Assembly: GCA_028534125.1 (NCBI GenBank)
Contig: CM052817.1
Span: 67,768,001-67,832,000 of the forward strand
Origin: Lama glama
Lineage: Eukaryota
DNA length: 64,000 bases
Direction of reading: 5' to 3'
Each line of letters opens with the position of its first letter. Position 1 is the first letter of the stretch. A program made the translations under genes and the position numbers. The notes under the pieces were generated by a model. The model saw only the letters and a program-made list of their open reading frames with translations. It was not told the DNA's origin and did no database searches. This document shows, in pieces, positions 25,101 through 38,149 of this stretch.

Positions 25101-26654
25101 TCACAGAGCTTTTTACTGCTATCTTCTTTATCAGCTGTCCCTTGAGAAACAGTTCCTGCCAACTAGAAACCACTGCTCATTCAAATTTAGTGAATGGCTA
25201 AATGCTAGTGTCAGGGTGTATCCCTGGCCGTTGCCGTGGAGAACAAACTCACATTTTGATGCTCTTCAACAGTAAACCTCTCAACAAAGTGTGGCACTAC
25301 CCTACATGTTGAGAATTGCACATAAGATTCCCTATTGAATTTATGATGAACACGGGATAGAAGATTCTGGAATTTTAGTAGTGTCTAGACCAAAGAAGGA
25401 GGTTATATTTGGCATTCTCCACTCCTGTTCCTCTCTCTCTTCAACTCTTTTTTTTCCAGAAACTTGCTCAGCCTTGCACTCTTCCTGGGCTTGACTCTTA
25501 CACCTCATTTTTCCAGCAAGACATGCTATTGAGATAAGGTCTTGGCTGACTTACATTCTGGCCTCATATCTGTAATTACCTGCTATGTAGGCTGTCCCCC
25601 AAAACAGCAGGGGGAATTTTATTAGAGACACCAGCGGTTTTTGTATAAGTAGTCACTCCAAGTTGTTAGTGACTATTCTCATTCCCCAGATTGCCAGGAA
25701 AAGTTATGTGTTAGTGTCAAACCTAGCTCAAGGTGCACCTTCAAGACCCCAGCGAGTCTCAGGAGGCCCTACGCCTCTTCTCATCTTGAGGTATTCCTCA
25801 TCTGTGAGCCAACACAGAGCCGAGAAGGAGGCAGAGAGAAGCACAACCTGCTGAAATGCAGCCCAGTTCTTCCAACTTTATAAGTATCGTTTCCTGTTTG
25901 CCTTAAATTTAACAAAGGGTCACTGTGGTGTCATGCATTATTCAGCAAATACAATACACAACAGTTCATCTTTCCAGAGGTGTCTGAAACATTCTGGGCT
26001 TAAGTCATCAGCTCAAAATTTATTCTGTTGTCAGGTCAGCCCCAACTGATAATGTAGTTTCTACTTCATACTCTTGGCCAAAGATTCAATTTTCTATTAT
26101 CTGCTTAGTTATTGACTTTGTTATTTCTAGTCTTAATGACCTTTATAAAAATTCTTTTATAGTGGTAGTGATACTGACATTGTTATCAATTTAATGTTAA
26201 TGATTAAATGAATCATAAATGCAGAGTTCAGTGTTATTTTCTATTTTTAAAAGGGGAGTGTTAATTAGTTATACATATTTGGTCTCTAGCAGATTCAAGT
26301 GATTTGCTTCTGCATAAGGACAAAAAGCAATTCCATCATCAGAGATGATACGACATAAACTACAGACAGCAGTCCGGCTAATTCACATTGGCAAAAAGAA
26401 ATAATAAGACGAATCAATGTAACTGTCGGTAAAATCCTGTTTCACCACAAGTGTCACCAGCAATCCTCTTCAAATGCAGAATATAGCACATTTGTGATTT
26501 TGGAAAAATCTTCATTTGGGGCAAAGGTATTTTGGGATAGCTATTGGCAGCTCATTGACTGAGTAGCAATAATAAATCATTCAAATGTAAGTATGCCTCA
26601 GTTTCCACTTCTGTGGAAGAATATGAGTGGCATTTGTGTTTGAAGCCCTTAGAG

Positions 26655-26900
26655 GGACAGTGTATCATAGCGGTTGGGTGCATCAGCCTGGAAATATACT
26701 GAGTGAGTTTGCAGCTCATTATGCACAATTAATAAATAATCTTACGCAAGTTACTCATGCTCTCTGTGCCTCAGTGTTTCCATTTGTAAAACGAGGATGA
26801 TAATAATAATAAGGCAACTTTTAGGGATACTGTAAATATGAAATGAAAAAATGCATGTAAAATACCTAGAACAGGGCCTGGTACAAGGCAATAATTCAAT
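26655..26900 (+). mobile_element. MIR
   Basis: MIR core 'caagttactcatgctctctgtgcctcagtgtttccatttgtaaaacgaggatgataata'. Confidence 0.75.
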
Positions 26901-27292
26901 AATTCAATGTTAAATCTGTAGGTATAGCCACGAAAGCCAGACTATATTTTTAAAGCAATCAGAGGATACAGCTAATGAGGCTGTGACTGGCCCTGTTAAC
27001 ATTTTGTTGCCACACATTTCCAAGTGCTTTGCAATATTTCTTATATATCTGAATACTATTTCTAGGAAAATATTAAATTAAATAAACGAGAGCAACAGAA
27101 ATAATTCTGAACTGAGAATCAGGTTCTAGTGGCTGTCTCTGCCACCAACTGATCATGACCTTGAATGATTTGAGCTCTCAATTTCCTTAACTGAAGACTC
27201 TGGGGGGGTAAATTAATTATGTTGAAGAGCCCTCCAGGGCTTACAAATAGGACTGTATTTGACTATCTTGAAATAATCAGGATGTAATTTTT

Positions 27293-28083
27293 TATTAACT
27301 GAAGTATAGTCAGTTTACAATGTTGTGTCCATCTCTGGTGTACAGCATGTTGTTTCAGTCATACATATACACACATATATTCCTTATCATATTCTTTTTC
27401 ATTCTAGGTTACTATAAGATATTGAATATAGTTCCCTGTGCTATACAGTAGAAACTTGTTTATCTATTTTATACATAGTAGTTAGTATCTGCAAATCTCA
27501 AACTCCCAAATTATTCCTTCCTACTGCCCCCACTTTCCCTCCTGGTAACCGTAAGTTTGTTCTCTATGTCTGAGTCTGTTTCTGTTTCGTAAATAAGTTC
27601 ATTTGTGTCTTTCTTTTTTTAGATTCCACCTATAGGTGATATCATATGGTATTTTTTTTTCTCTCTCTGGCTTACTTCACTTGGAGTGATGGTCTCCGGG
27701 TCCATCCATGTTGCTGCAAATGGCATTATTTTATTCTTTTTATGGCTGAGTAGTATTCCATTGTATAAATATGCCACTACTTCTTTATCCAATCATCTGT
27801 TGAAGGACATTTAGGTTGTTTCCATGTCTTGGCTACTGTAAATAGTGCTTCTGTGAACACTGGGGTGCATGTATCTTTTTGAATTAGAGTTTTTGACAGA
27901 TATATGCCCAGGAGTGGGATTTTTGGATCATACAAGTGAGTCTATTTTTAGTTTTTTAAGGAATCTCCATACTGTTTTCCACACCAAACTACCTTCCCAC
28001 CAACAATGTAGGAGAGTTCCCTGTTCTCCAGCATTTATCATTTCTAGACTTTTGAATGATTGCCATTCTGTCTGGTGTGAGGA
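27293..28083 (-). mobile_element. 5'-truncated L1 (ORF2 end plus 3'UTR)
   Basis: TSD gatgtaattttt at 27281-27292 and 28084-28095, followed by AA (L1 endonuclease site). Confidence 0.93.
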
Positions 28084-28473
28084 GATGTAATTTTTAAATA
28101 GCCATTTTTCGATGGGTATGTTTGCTTAGGTATAGTAAGCTGATTTTCATGCTTTTAATCTTTAAATCAAGGTTTGTGTTAACTAAAATAGAATCTCATG
28201 AATTTTGAACCAGAAATGTGACAAAATGCATTTTTCTACCAAAGAGTAAAGGAAAGTATATTATGCTCTATCTAACTGCATGTAATTGTAATGAAAGTAA
28301 ACTTCTAGTTTAGGGCAACCTGGAAAATAAGGATTTCAGTTAAGAGCTACAGAAAGGAAAGAGAGCTGTGGATATGAGAGAAAACAACTATAACTCTTTA
28401 AGGCAAATTTAAATTACACTTTTAGGGAAATATTTGTAAAACAGAATTGTCTTTGCAGGGAGCACATAGTCTT

Positions 28474-28964
28474 TTTTTGTTTTATTTTGTTTTTAGTGAC
28501 GTATGGTTGATTTACAATGTTATGTTAGTTTCAGGTGTACAGCATAGTGATTCAGTTATACATAGATCTATCTATCTGTCTATCTATCCATCCTTTTTTC
28601 AGATTCTTTTCCATTATAGATTATTACAAGATATTGAATATAGTTCCCTAAGTCATAGAGTAGGTCCTTGTTGTATATCTATTTTATATATAGTAATTTG
28701 TATATGCTAATCCCAAACTCCTCATTTATCCCTCCCCTCTTTCCCTTTTGGTAACCATAAGTTTGTTTTCTATGTCTATGAGTCTATTTCTGTAAGTAGT
28801 TTTTGTAAATAAGTTTGTTTGTATCATTTTTTTTAGATTCCACATATAAATGGTATCATATTTTTGTCTTTCTCTGTCTGACTTAACTTCACTTAACATG
28901 ATCATCTCGATGTCCCTCCACATTGTTGCAAATGGCATTATTTCCTTCTTATTTATGGCTAAGT
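28474..28964 (-). mobile_element. 5'-truncated L1 3' end
   Basis: Perfect 16-bp TSD gggagcacatagtctt at 28458-28473 and 28965-28980. Confidence 0.95.
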
Positions 28965-29324
28965 GGGAGCACATAGTCTTGAAGAGTCAGAAAGGGTATA
29001 TATAATACCAAACTGATTACAATGTTTAAAAATAGTATTATCTCAAGGAAACAGATCAGTGCCTATGGGGAAAGGGAAAAGTTGGTTAAGACAAGGAAAG
29101 GGACAAAATAAATGTGAAACAAAAAAAGTCCCAAAAACTGATGAAAGAGGAGAAAGGGACTTTCTAGGTAAATAAAGGGATAATACAGAGCCGAAGTGTC
29201 AGGGGGAAGATCTAAAAGAAAGACACACAGAGAGAAATGGTGCCAAAAGTAGATTGATATGACAGTCAGAAAGACAGCTTCCAAATTCCAAAAAACACAG
29301 TGGGGAGAGGCTGAGAATCTTCAA

Positions 29325-30000
29325 AAACATCAATGTCATGAAAGATTGAAAAAAAAAGAAAGACTGAGAAACTGTTCTGGATTAAAGGAGACTAAATAAA
29401 TGCATGATTCTTGATAAAATCTTAGATTTTTATTAATTATAAAGGCATTGGGACAATAGGGGAATTTAGGTATTGACTCTCTATTAGACAACACTGTTGT
29501 GCCAATGATAAATACTCTGAGAATGGTGGTAAGACTGTACTTGTGTAGGAGAATATGTTCTTAGGAGATATATATATGCTAAAGTGTTTATGGGTCAATT
29601 AAAGTGATAAATGCAACTTTCTCTCAACAGGTTTGGGGGAAAATGTTATTTAAAGAAAATGAGACAGTAAATATGGCAAAATATTGACAATTAGTGAATG
29701 TAGATGAAGAATCTGCAAGTGTTCATTGCATTAGTCTTGTTTTTTAATTTAATATTTTTATTTTTTATTTATTTACAATTTCATTGACGTATAGTCAGTT
29801 ACAATGTGTCAATTTCTGGTGTACAGCATAATGTTTCAGTCCTACATATACATACATATACTTGTTTTCATAATAGATTACTATAAGATATTGAATATAG
29901 TTCCCTGGGCTCTACAGAAGACACTATTATTAGTCTTGTGATTTGACTGTAGGTTTGACATTTTTTCAAACCAAAAACATTTCTCAAAATTAAAAAAAAA
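29325..30000 (+). mobile_element. Old L1M (MC/ME-like) 3'UTR containing a younger antisense L1 tip (29741-29928)
   Basis: 'actgttctggattaaaggagactaaataaatgcatgattcttga'; nested L1 flanked by TSD attagtcttgt at 29730-29740 and 29929-29939. Confidence 0.8.
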
Positions 30001-31579
30001 TTATTCTCACATTACCTTTGAATGTATAGGTTATAACACTGTTTACAGAAAAATAAGTTTTCGGGCATGCTTGACTCCTGTCCATCATCCTCCTGCCCCA
30101 GGACTTTATCAAAAGGGAATGTGTGACCCTGAACCAGTACTAGTTGCTGATTAGTTCACACATAAGAACACCAGGCTCTTTGGAGGCTACTGCTCTCCTT
30201 GTAATTAGAGCCACAAGGGTTCTCGACAGCCAGTTATTTTGTGGTATCTATTGGGTAATGTCAAGAGAAAGAAAATGGGAACCTCTAAGTGCAAATTCAG
30301 CCTGTGGTGAGAAAAGAGCTAGCAAGGGGGATTTCTTCTCCCAGACTGAGGTAGCAGTGTAAAGTCTTGAGTGGACAAACAAGAAGGGATAATTTGACAT
30401 ATAGAACCATTTGTCTCATATATCTTAGGCAGATATGGATGGTGAAAATAAACTGATTTTGGTAGTCTATTGAACATTTTTAATAACCAAAAAATTAACT
30501 CTCCAACAATATAAAAGGTGAAAGACTTTAGAAAGAACCTTTCAAAAAGGTGGAATTTTTCCTAATGAGGAAGCATTCTATCACTACTTGAAGTTTAAAA
30601 TTACTATAATAACAAACAGTTCCAGCAAGAATGAAAAGAAACTGTGCTCCCATACGTTGTGGATTTCAGCATAAATAGGTACAGCGCTTTTGGTAAATAG
30701 TTTGGCAAGAGGTTTCAAGAGTTGCAAAAACATTCTTTTCCTTTGATCACTTTTCACAATTTAGCTTAATGAAAGAAAGCGAGAGAAGTAAGGGAGAGGG
30801 AGAGAAGGGAAAGAAAGAAGGGAGGGAGAGGAAGGAAAGAAGGAAGCAAAAGTGAGCTATATATAACAAGACGGTCATTTCACATACTTACACTAACAAA
30901 AAAAGAGAGAGAAGGAAAGAAAGAGAGAAAAACCTAAGGAAAGGAAAAAGAAAATGCCCAACAACGATGACATATTTGCATAATGAACAAGAAATACACA
31001 AAATATTTTGCAAATCATAAAATTATGCAAGAAGAAGGAAAAATGCTCACAGTGTCAAGTATATAGAATTAACAATTGCATGTACATTTTGATTCAGCTA
31101 TGTGAAGTCATGAAGTCATGAAGCACATTGATCGGTTGGATTAACCAGGATGGGAGTAGGGTTTATCCTTTCCAAGAGTAGACTTAAGTTTAATTGTGCT
31201 CTAAATAGGTTAGGGCATGCATGCAGCCAAGTCTACTGAATTGAATATAACTTTGGGGGTGTCAATAAATATAAATTCTCTCCTCACCTCTGCTGCAGAT
31301 TGTCCATATGAAATTATATTAAATCCCCATTACTCTGCAGCCTGGTATAAAACCATCTTTTCAAGGCACCAAAGACTTATTTACAAGTCATTGTAATGTA
31401 GTAGACAAATAATGTCTATTACAAGACATTATTTACAAGATTAGAAAAACTATATATGCCAATTTGATGAGAGCAATTATTCTAGGTTTTCACCTTTACA
31501 AGGGAATTCTGGTACTGGCAACACTTCTATTTGAGGGAATTTGGAGGAAGCTTGGGTTAGAAGGGCCCCATAGTGTACC

Positions 31580-31830
31580 AGCAGTTAGAATAAGGACTCT
31601 AGAGCTAGGTAAGCCTGGGCTTGGATACATTTTGTCTGTACTAGTTGAATATCCTTGGAAATATTTCTTAATATCTTTCTGCACCTTTATTTCCCCATCT
31701 ATAAAGCGGGTAAAAAAAATTACCTACTTTATAGGGTTATCATAGAGATGAAATGAGTTTTTTACTTAAAAATTTTTAATGAAATGAGTTGATGCATATG
31801 AAGCCGTTCACACAGTGCCTGGCATACAGC
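31580..31830 (+). mobile_element. MIR
   Basis: 'ttccccatctataaagcggg...cctactttatagggttatcatagagatgaaatgag...cacagtgcctggcatacag'. Confidence 0.7.
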
Positions 31831-32559
31831 GATGCGAGGGGACCATCAGGGACTGGGGTTGTTCTCTTCCATCTGCCACTTTGACACAACAAGCAGTTGG
31901 GTCTAGGGGTAGAAGAAACATCTTTTAATACTGTAGGGCTTGGTTCTAAATTTGGACTCATTTATATTATAGCCAGAATATTCAATGCATAATATTCCGC
32001 AAAGACATCTTTAATGTCCTACTTCTATCACCATATATGATTTTATATTAAATAACACAAAAATAGGGTTGTGGGAGATTTTACCGTGATTGAGGAGATA
32101 ATGAAGAGTAAATTTTGGTCCTCCTAAAACCAGTGCTGAAAGAGTTCGCTTCCCCGATGTGTCTTGCTGTATTCACAATAGCAACGTTCAGGGAATAAGT
32201 ACCCCAGAAGATACTGAGACATTTTAGATAATCTGCATCCCTCTGTTTTTCCAGAAAAATCAATTATGGAATCATGGGAATTCATCCAAACTTCTCTGAG
32301 GGACTGCTCTAATTGTCTAATCCAGCCATTATCAAGAAGTCAAGAAGTGAGCCAAGAATTTCTCTTCGGAATAAGCAAAGAAAGTGTGATGCTAATAAAA
32401 TAAGTAAATAATAGAAGAAGGTAAGTATTCAGATTGCATCCTGTTATTATTCACCAAGCAGTTCTGTGCACTTATATGAACAAGGCTGTATATTAGCACA
32501 GCAGAGAAACAGGTGGCACTATCTTTGCTCACACTTTATGTGATCAAAAGATATGCATG

Positions 32560-32688
32560 GTGGGGGAGGGTATAGTTCAGTGTTAGAGCACATGCTTAGC
32601 ATGCAAGAGGTCCTAGGTTCAATCCCCAGTACCTTCACTTTAAAATAAACAAATACATAAATAAATCTAATTACCTCCCCCCACCAAA
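32560..32688 (+). mobile_element. tRNA-Ala-derived SINE (Vic-1-like)
   Basis: Perfect 14-bp TSD aaaagatatgcatg at 32546-32559 and 32689-32702. Confidence 0.95.
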
Positions 32689-34219
32689 AAAAGATATGCA
32701 TGAATAAATAAATAAATAGTGAACTAGTAAATGCATACAAAAAATTTTATCTTTTCTTTCCTAGACAATGCCTAATGCAGTCCTGATGGCATGATTGTGA
32801 ATAAGCTTTAAATCCTGAAGTCTTCATTCCAGCAACTAGTATTCTTTTGTTTCTTGTCAGTTCCACAAAGAACTTGGGTGTTGAACTTTCAACACTTCAT
32901 TAACTGAAAGGAGAGATTGGGGCAATCCCTGTTGCAATAGCATGACTGCTTTTTTTTTCGTTTAACTCTCACAGCCACCAACTGATAGCTACAAAGTTGT
33001 ATCTCCTAAGGATGTACTGAGAGAGTTTCAAGGCTCAGCAAAGCTCACTCTTGCTGTCAGAGGTACAGTTATACATTTGATGTAGCTCCCAGGTTCATGA
33101 TAAACTGAGCATCTCTTTGGATTAATAAATGCTGAGGTTACTGCCCTTGCAGTGAGGGAAGACAGTACCAATAATAATTCAGTTCGCTCTTTCTGGTTGG
33201 CACTTGGCAATTTTAGTTATTTGGCAGGTCAACCTGACCTGGGTTATGTCACAAAAGACCACATGGGCCAGCTGTGGAAGCAAATCAAGCAATCCTAGCC
33301 TAAGTGTCACATAAAGCATTCTGTGCACATTTAACAAGTTCAAGTACCAGGCAGTATAAGCCGGCTTTCCTCTGTGGACTAAAAGTAAACATGTTTTTCC
33401 CCTTGTTTAATGGTAAAAAAAAAAAATTTTTTTTATTTTGGAGCAAAATTTCACTGAAGGTCATCTCCAGAAGTATTTCTAAATTCTAGGAACTTGAACA
33501 ATATACTGATAGTCTATTCTTGGAAAAGGTTTTTTAATATTTATGTATAATCTACATCCAAAGTGTGCTAGAAAGCAACTCTGCTTGAACATATCAAAAA
33601 TGACTTCTAAGTAATCACTAATGTGGTACTTTGTTTTATTGTGATAATGGAAATGACAGTAAAAATTTTATCTTTTCTCTTCCTAGACAATGCCTAAACT
33701 GTTTCACACTCTTGATAAATATTTCTTGTATAAATGAATAAATCTTTGACTAGCCTAGGAAAGTAGAATTTATTTGGCATTTATACCTGCTATTAATTTC
33801 CTGGTAATTTCCACAGGTATTTTAGGGACAATATTTGACACCGTAATAGCCTAACTCTTTGAGATTCAAAGCTTGGCCCCAGCAAGAATCATCCACATCA
33901 CCTGGGAGCCTGTGAGAACCACAGTATCTCAGACCTAATGAATCAGAGCTAACAAATCGGCATCTTCATATTAAAGGATGAGAAAACCTGATTGAAAACA
34001 GATGAAATTGTTTTTGAATTATCATCAAAGTCTGCCTTAAAAGGAAACACAAGGGAAGTCGGTCTCATAAATAGTGACAGGACCAGAGGTGATGTTTAGA
34101 AGGTTGAAAATGTTATGTTACTTTCATGAATGGTGTGGTAGATATGTGAAGTCAAATGGCTGTATCCAAGGAATTGTGAAACTTTGGGTAAGTTTCTTAA
34201 CCTGTCTTAGAAATATTTG

Positions 34220-34277
34220 GAAAGAAAGAAAGGAAAGAAAGGAAAGAAAGGAAAGAAAGGAAGAAAGGAAGAAAGGA

Positions 34278-34349
<72 letters not shown>

Positions 34350-34350
34350 A
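34220..34350 (+). repeat. (GAAA)n / GGAAA compound microsatellite
   Basis: About 130 bp pure purine tract. Confidence 0.97.
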
Positions 34351-35147
34351 AAAATAAAAGGCCAAGATAGAAGTCTTCTAGCCCTAATGTGACTTTTCTC
34401 TTGTCCTCAAGTGCCTTGGATTTTATTTCCCAGAAATTAACAGGGGCATCTCACCCTTGGTCATCCTAGTTTAGCCACTGCATGTGCCTCCTGCCCACCC
34501 CTTTCCCTCCCCTCCCCCTACTCTGCCAAGTGCCTGAGACATACGCTATACACATTCTAGATACACTTCTGGCCCATGAAATGTAAAATAGTATTTATTC
34601 TGAAAAGCCCTTGTCATCTCAGGTAGATCAGAAAAGAATTAACTCATGTGTATTACATGTGCACTCACTCAGTTAATGGGGCACCATAAAATTAATGTCT
34701 AATTCTTGTAATATTCCCTCTTCAACACAGATTCACTCCTACTATACCTCATACTATCAGGCCAGAGGTCTTTTTTCCTTCACTGAACAATTTTTAAAAG
34801 AAATCTTCCATAAAGATCTGTTTTATATTTTTATTGTTCTATTAACTTAATATGAGTTTTTAAAATACACTTAAAGGGGATCCCATAGAAAATAACTGCC
34901 AGCAGAGCTTTAAAAGAAGTTAAAACTCTTTTTGATTCCCTAGATTAGAGAGATGTTGTATTTATGGCATGATTTAAGCAAATATTACTAATAAGCATCA
35001 TGATTATCAGCAAGTTATGACAAGTGGAACTGGACACACCCTAATTTCACCACTGCCACCCCAAATCAGCTCTCTGTTGGGACCTTCCATCTGCATAGTA
35101 CAAAGACTCAGAACTGAAAAACCATGTGGCTCCAAAGTAACCCTGAT

Positions 35148-35675
35148 ATGGTGACTTAAAGATATCATTGAATTCTTGCCACACTTCACATCAAGAGGTG
35201 AGGTTTATTTCCACTCCCCCTTGAACCTAATCTAGCCCTATCACACACTTTGACAAATGGAATGTGGCAGAAATGACTGTACAACTTGCAAGGCTGGTCT
35301 TCAAAGATCTATATATTCTGCTTTTGCCCCTCCTGGAATATTCCTCACAAACCAGCCACCATGTGGGAAGTACAACTACCCAGAGACCACCATGTTGGGA
35401 GGAAGCCAGGCTAACCACGTGGAGGGAGAGAATCCATGTGGAGGAGCACTTACGCGTCAGACACGTGAGTAAAGCTTGCTTGGAACGTCCAGTCCAGCTC
35501 AACCACCAAGGGAGTGCAAATGAGTGAATGAGACAGTGCATGCCAAGTGGAGCAGAAGAACTGTCCAACCAAACTCTGCCTCCATTCTGGACCCCGAGAT
35601 CCATGAGCATATAAAACTTGTTGAAAGCACTGAGTTTGAGGGTAATTTGTTATATAACTACAGATAGCCAAAACA
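35148..35675 (+). mobile_element. MaLR MLT1-type LTR
   Basis: 'catcaagaggtgaggtttatttccactcccccttgaa...gaatgtggcagaaatgac...cactgagtttgagggtaatttgttatataactacagatagccaaaaca'. Confidence 0.8.
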
Positions 35676-36397
35676 CTTGGGGACCAATTATTTTCTCTTT
35701 CATAACCTTCGTAGCCTTTCTCCCATGGCATGTCTGTTTTCCCTGCCAGGAGTGCTCATTCTGCTCTTGTACCCTTGTTGAGAAATTCTTCCCAACATCT
35801 CCACACAGAACTCTGAAAGAGATAGGATGATTGTCTGGGTGAATTATCTCACCCTTCTTGGACAGAACCTTTTGTACCTTAAAGAACCAGTCAGTCTTAT
35901 AGTTTATTGACAGTATGATGAGTGGACCTTAGTTAGCCAGGTGCCTACTCTGGTCAAATTAGTCCTGATTTTGCACATAGAGCCTGGTGCTGCTTTCCTG
36001 AGCAGGGCAGTTCATAGGGACACTGGGCCTGACTGGCACCTAACCTGATTGTTCTGAACATTTCATGATTAAATCCTCAGTCCTTTGAATTAACCAATTA
36101 TCACATACTGAAATGCAGACACTCCTTGCACACAGGAAATTACTTACCAATTGTTTAAACTTCTATATGTGAGTTCTCCGGGAAGATCTTGCTGAATCTG
36201 AGCTTTTACATTGGAAAAGGAAAAGAAGTCCTGAAATCTCTGGCTACTTGGTGGAGTAGATGCGCTAAAAAGAAATCAACAAGGGCTTAAAGGGAAGATT
36301 AAAAAATCATGAAGGATAATTTTTTCTAGTTTTGCCTAGAGTAGGCCTTTGGCTTAATGGATTTTCCTAAACATATGGGATCACTTGAAAGATCATG

Positions 36398-36494
36398 TGG
36401 TGGAGGAGGGTATAGCCCAGTGGTAGAGTGCATGCTTAGCATGCATGAGGTCCTGGGTTCAATCCCCAGTATCTCCATGAAAAAAAAATAGAAA
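36398..36494 (+). mobile_element. tRNA-Ala-derived SINE (Vic-1-like, short form)
   Basis: TSD gaaagatcatg at 36387-36397 and 36495-36505; lacks the cctaattacctcccc 3' module. Confidence 0.93.
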
Positions 36495-36708
36495 GAAAGA
36501 TCATGCAAAGGCATAAGATGATTAAGACTATGTGACCAGAAAGGAAGAGGAAGATGGAACAAGAAGATATATGAGGAATATAAACCAGAGGTTGGAGCCT
36601 AGAAAAAGAGGAAGAGAATAGAAATTTGGGGAAGTATAAGGCCCTAAAGATGTTGTTTGCTGTATATCCTTCTAGTAAACTCTAACACTTAAAATCAGAA
36701 TTTTCACA

Positions 36709-36879
36709 GGAGACTATATTCAGTTTCTTGTAATGAGCTGCAATGGAAAAGAAACTGAAATATATATATATATGTATGTTTATGTATAACTGAATCACTT
36801 TGCTGTATACATGAAACTAACAAGAATCAATTACACTTCAATAGAAATTAAGCAGTTTTTAAAAAATTAAAATATAAAA
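36709..36879 (+). mobile_element. 5'-truncated L1 3' tip
   Basis: 'tgtataactgaatcactttgctgtatacatgaaactaac'; 18-bp TSD with 2 mismatches at 36691-36708 and 36880-36897. Confidence 0.88.
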
Positions 36880-37332
36880 AAAATCAGCATTTGCACAACA
36901 GACATATGTACATAGCCATCATTGACTTTTAGAATTTGATGATCTGGATGCATCCAGAGGATTTCAGAGTTTTAAAAAGGATATTCCCTTTATAATTTTT
37001 TGAGGACTCTCCAGTTTGAAATGTACATCATCTCAAATATCCGGGCTGTTAGTATACTATTCAGATAATCCAGCATGTTGCATGCAGAAAAAGACAAAAT
37101 TACCCAAGTGGCAAAAGTCAAATAAAGTAGCCTCCTGCATCAATGAATTTCAAACTCTAGATAAAGCATATGCATTTTGTATGTAAGAGAAAATCACAAT
37201 TGTTCCCTTAAGCTTATATAAGATTTTAAAGAGTAATCTTTCTAGTATTAACTGGATTGAACTTCTTCATTTTAATCAAAGGCTATACAATCAGGGAATT
37301 AAATACTTCAATTTTTAATATTCTCTCTACAG

Positions 37333-37526
37333 TATTTATTTCTCAATTGTTCCTCCCTTGTTTCTGCATTCTATCCCTTCCCTGATTAACAACTATTTGA
37401 ATCTGCCCTTTGGAACTCAGGGAAGGTCACAGAGGCTGAATGAAGCCTATTTCCTGCAAATAAGAAACAGGAGACATGGAAAGGGTTTGTACCTGGGAGG
37501 GCCCTACAGGGTCCTGCTCTGTTTCA
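37333..37526 (-). mobile_element. ERV1-type LTR fragment (same family as 44475-45137)
   Basis: Shares 'aactatttgaatctgccctttggaac(t/c)cagggaaggtca' and the terminal 'tttca' with 44850-45137. Confidence 0.85.
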
Positions 37527-38040
37527 CTAATATAGAAAACTCTATGAAATTAATATTATTTATTTTTTGCTTACCTGCTAAGTATCTCTCTCCTAGTATT
37601 AGACTGGAAAGCTCAATGGGTGAATATAGGTGTTCCAACTTAGTATTTGCTGAATAAGTAGATAAATGCCTAAAATTAAACAAAGGTTTTTTTGACAAAA
37701 GTTTTTTTAAACAAATCTTTTTTATCAGAAATGTTTTGTCAAATGCTTTTATCAAAATGCCATCCTGGAAAACCATTTTAATTATGTCTTCTCCTTGTTA
37801 GGACTGCTGTAGCTGTCTGTTAAAGACCTAAAGATAATATGAATTTCAATTTATATTTAAGCTTTAGCAAGAGGAAACATGCATAAATTCAAAACAATTC
37901 TAAAAGGCTCGACTGATTATTTGGTGCATCCCCAATGCTGGGTTTCTTGTTTGTTTGTTTGTTTCTATGCTAGTCTTCACTGATATGGAATGTGCTAACA
38001 AGCTTGCTAAGAAATTATTCCACTGGCCAACAATAGAAAT

Positions 38041-38094
<54 letters not shown>
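38041..38094 (+). repeat. (CA)n(GA)n compound microsatellite
   Basis: Direct reading. Confidence 0.97.
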
Positions 38095-38149
38095 AATTCT
38101 CTTCCTTAGGGTAGATCTTTTCATGTTCATTTTCTCTATTAACAGCCTA

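Noticed and set aside
34074..34370. 98-aa ORF with KERK repeats
   Set aside because: Translation of the (GAAA)n microsatellite
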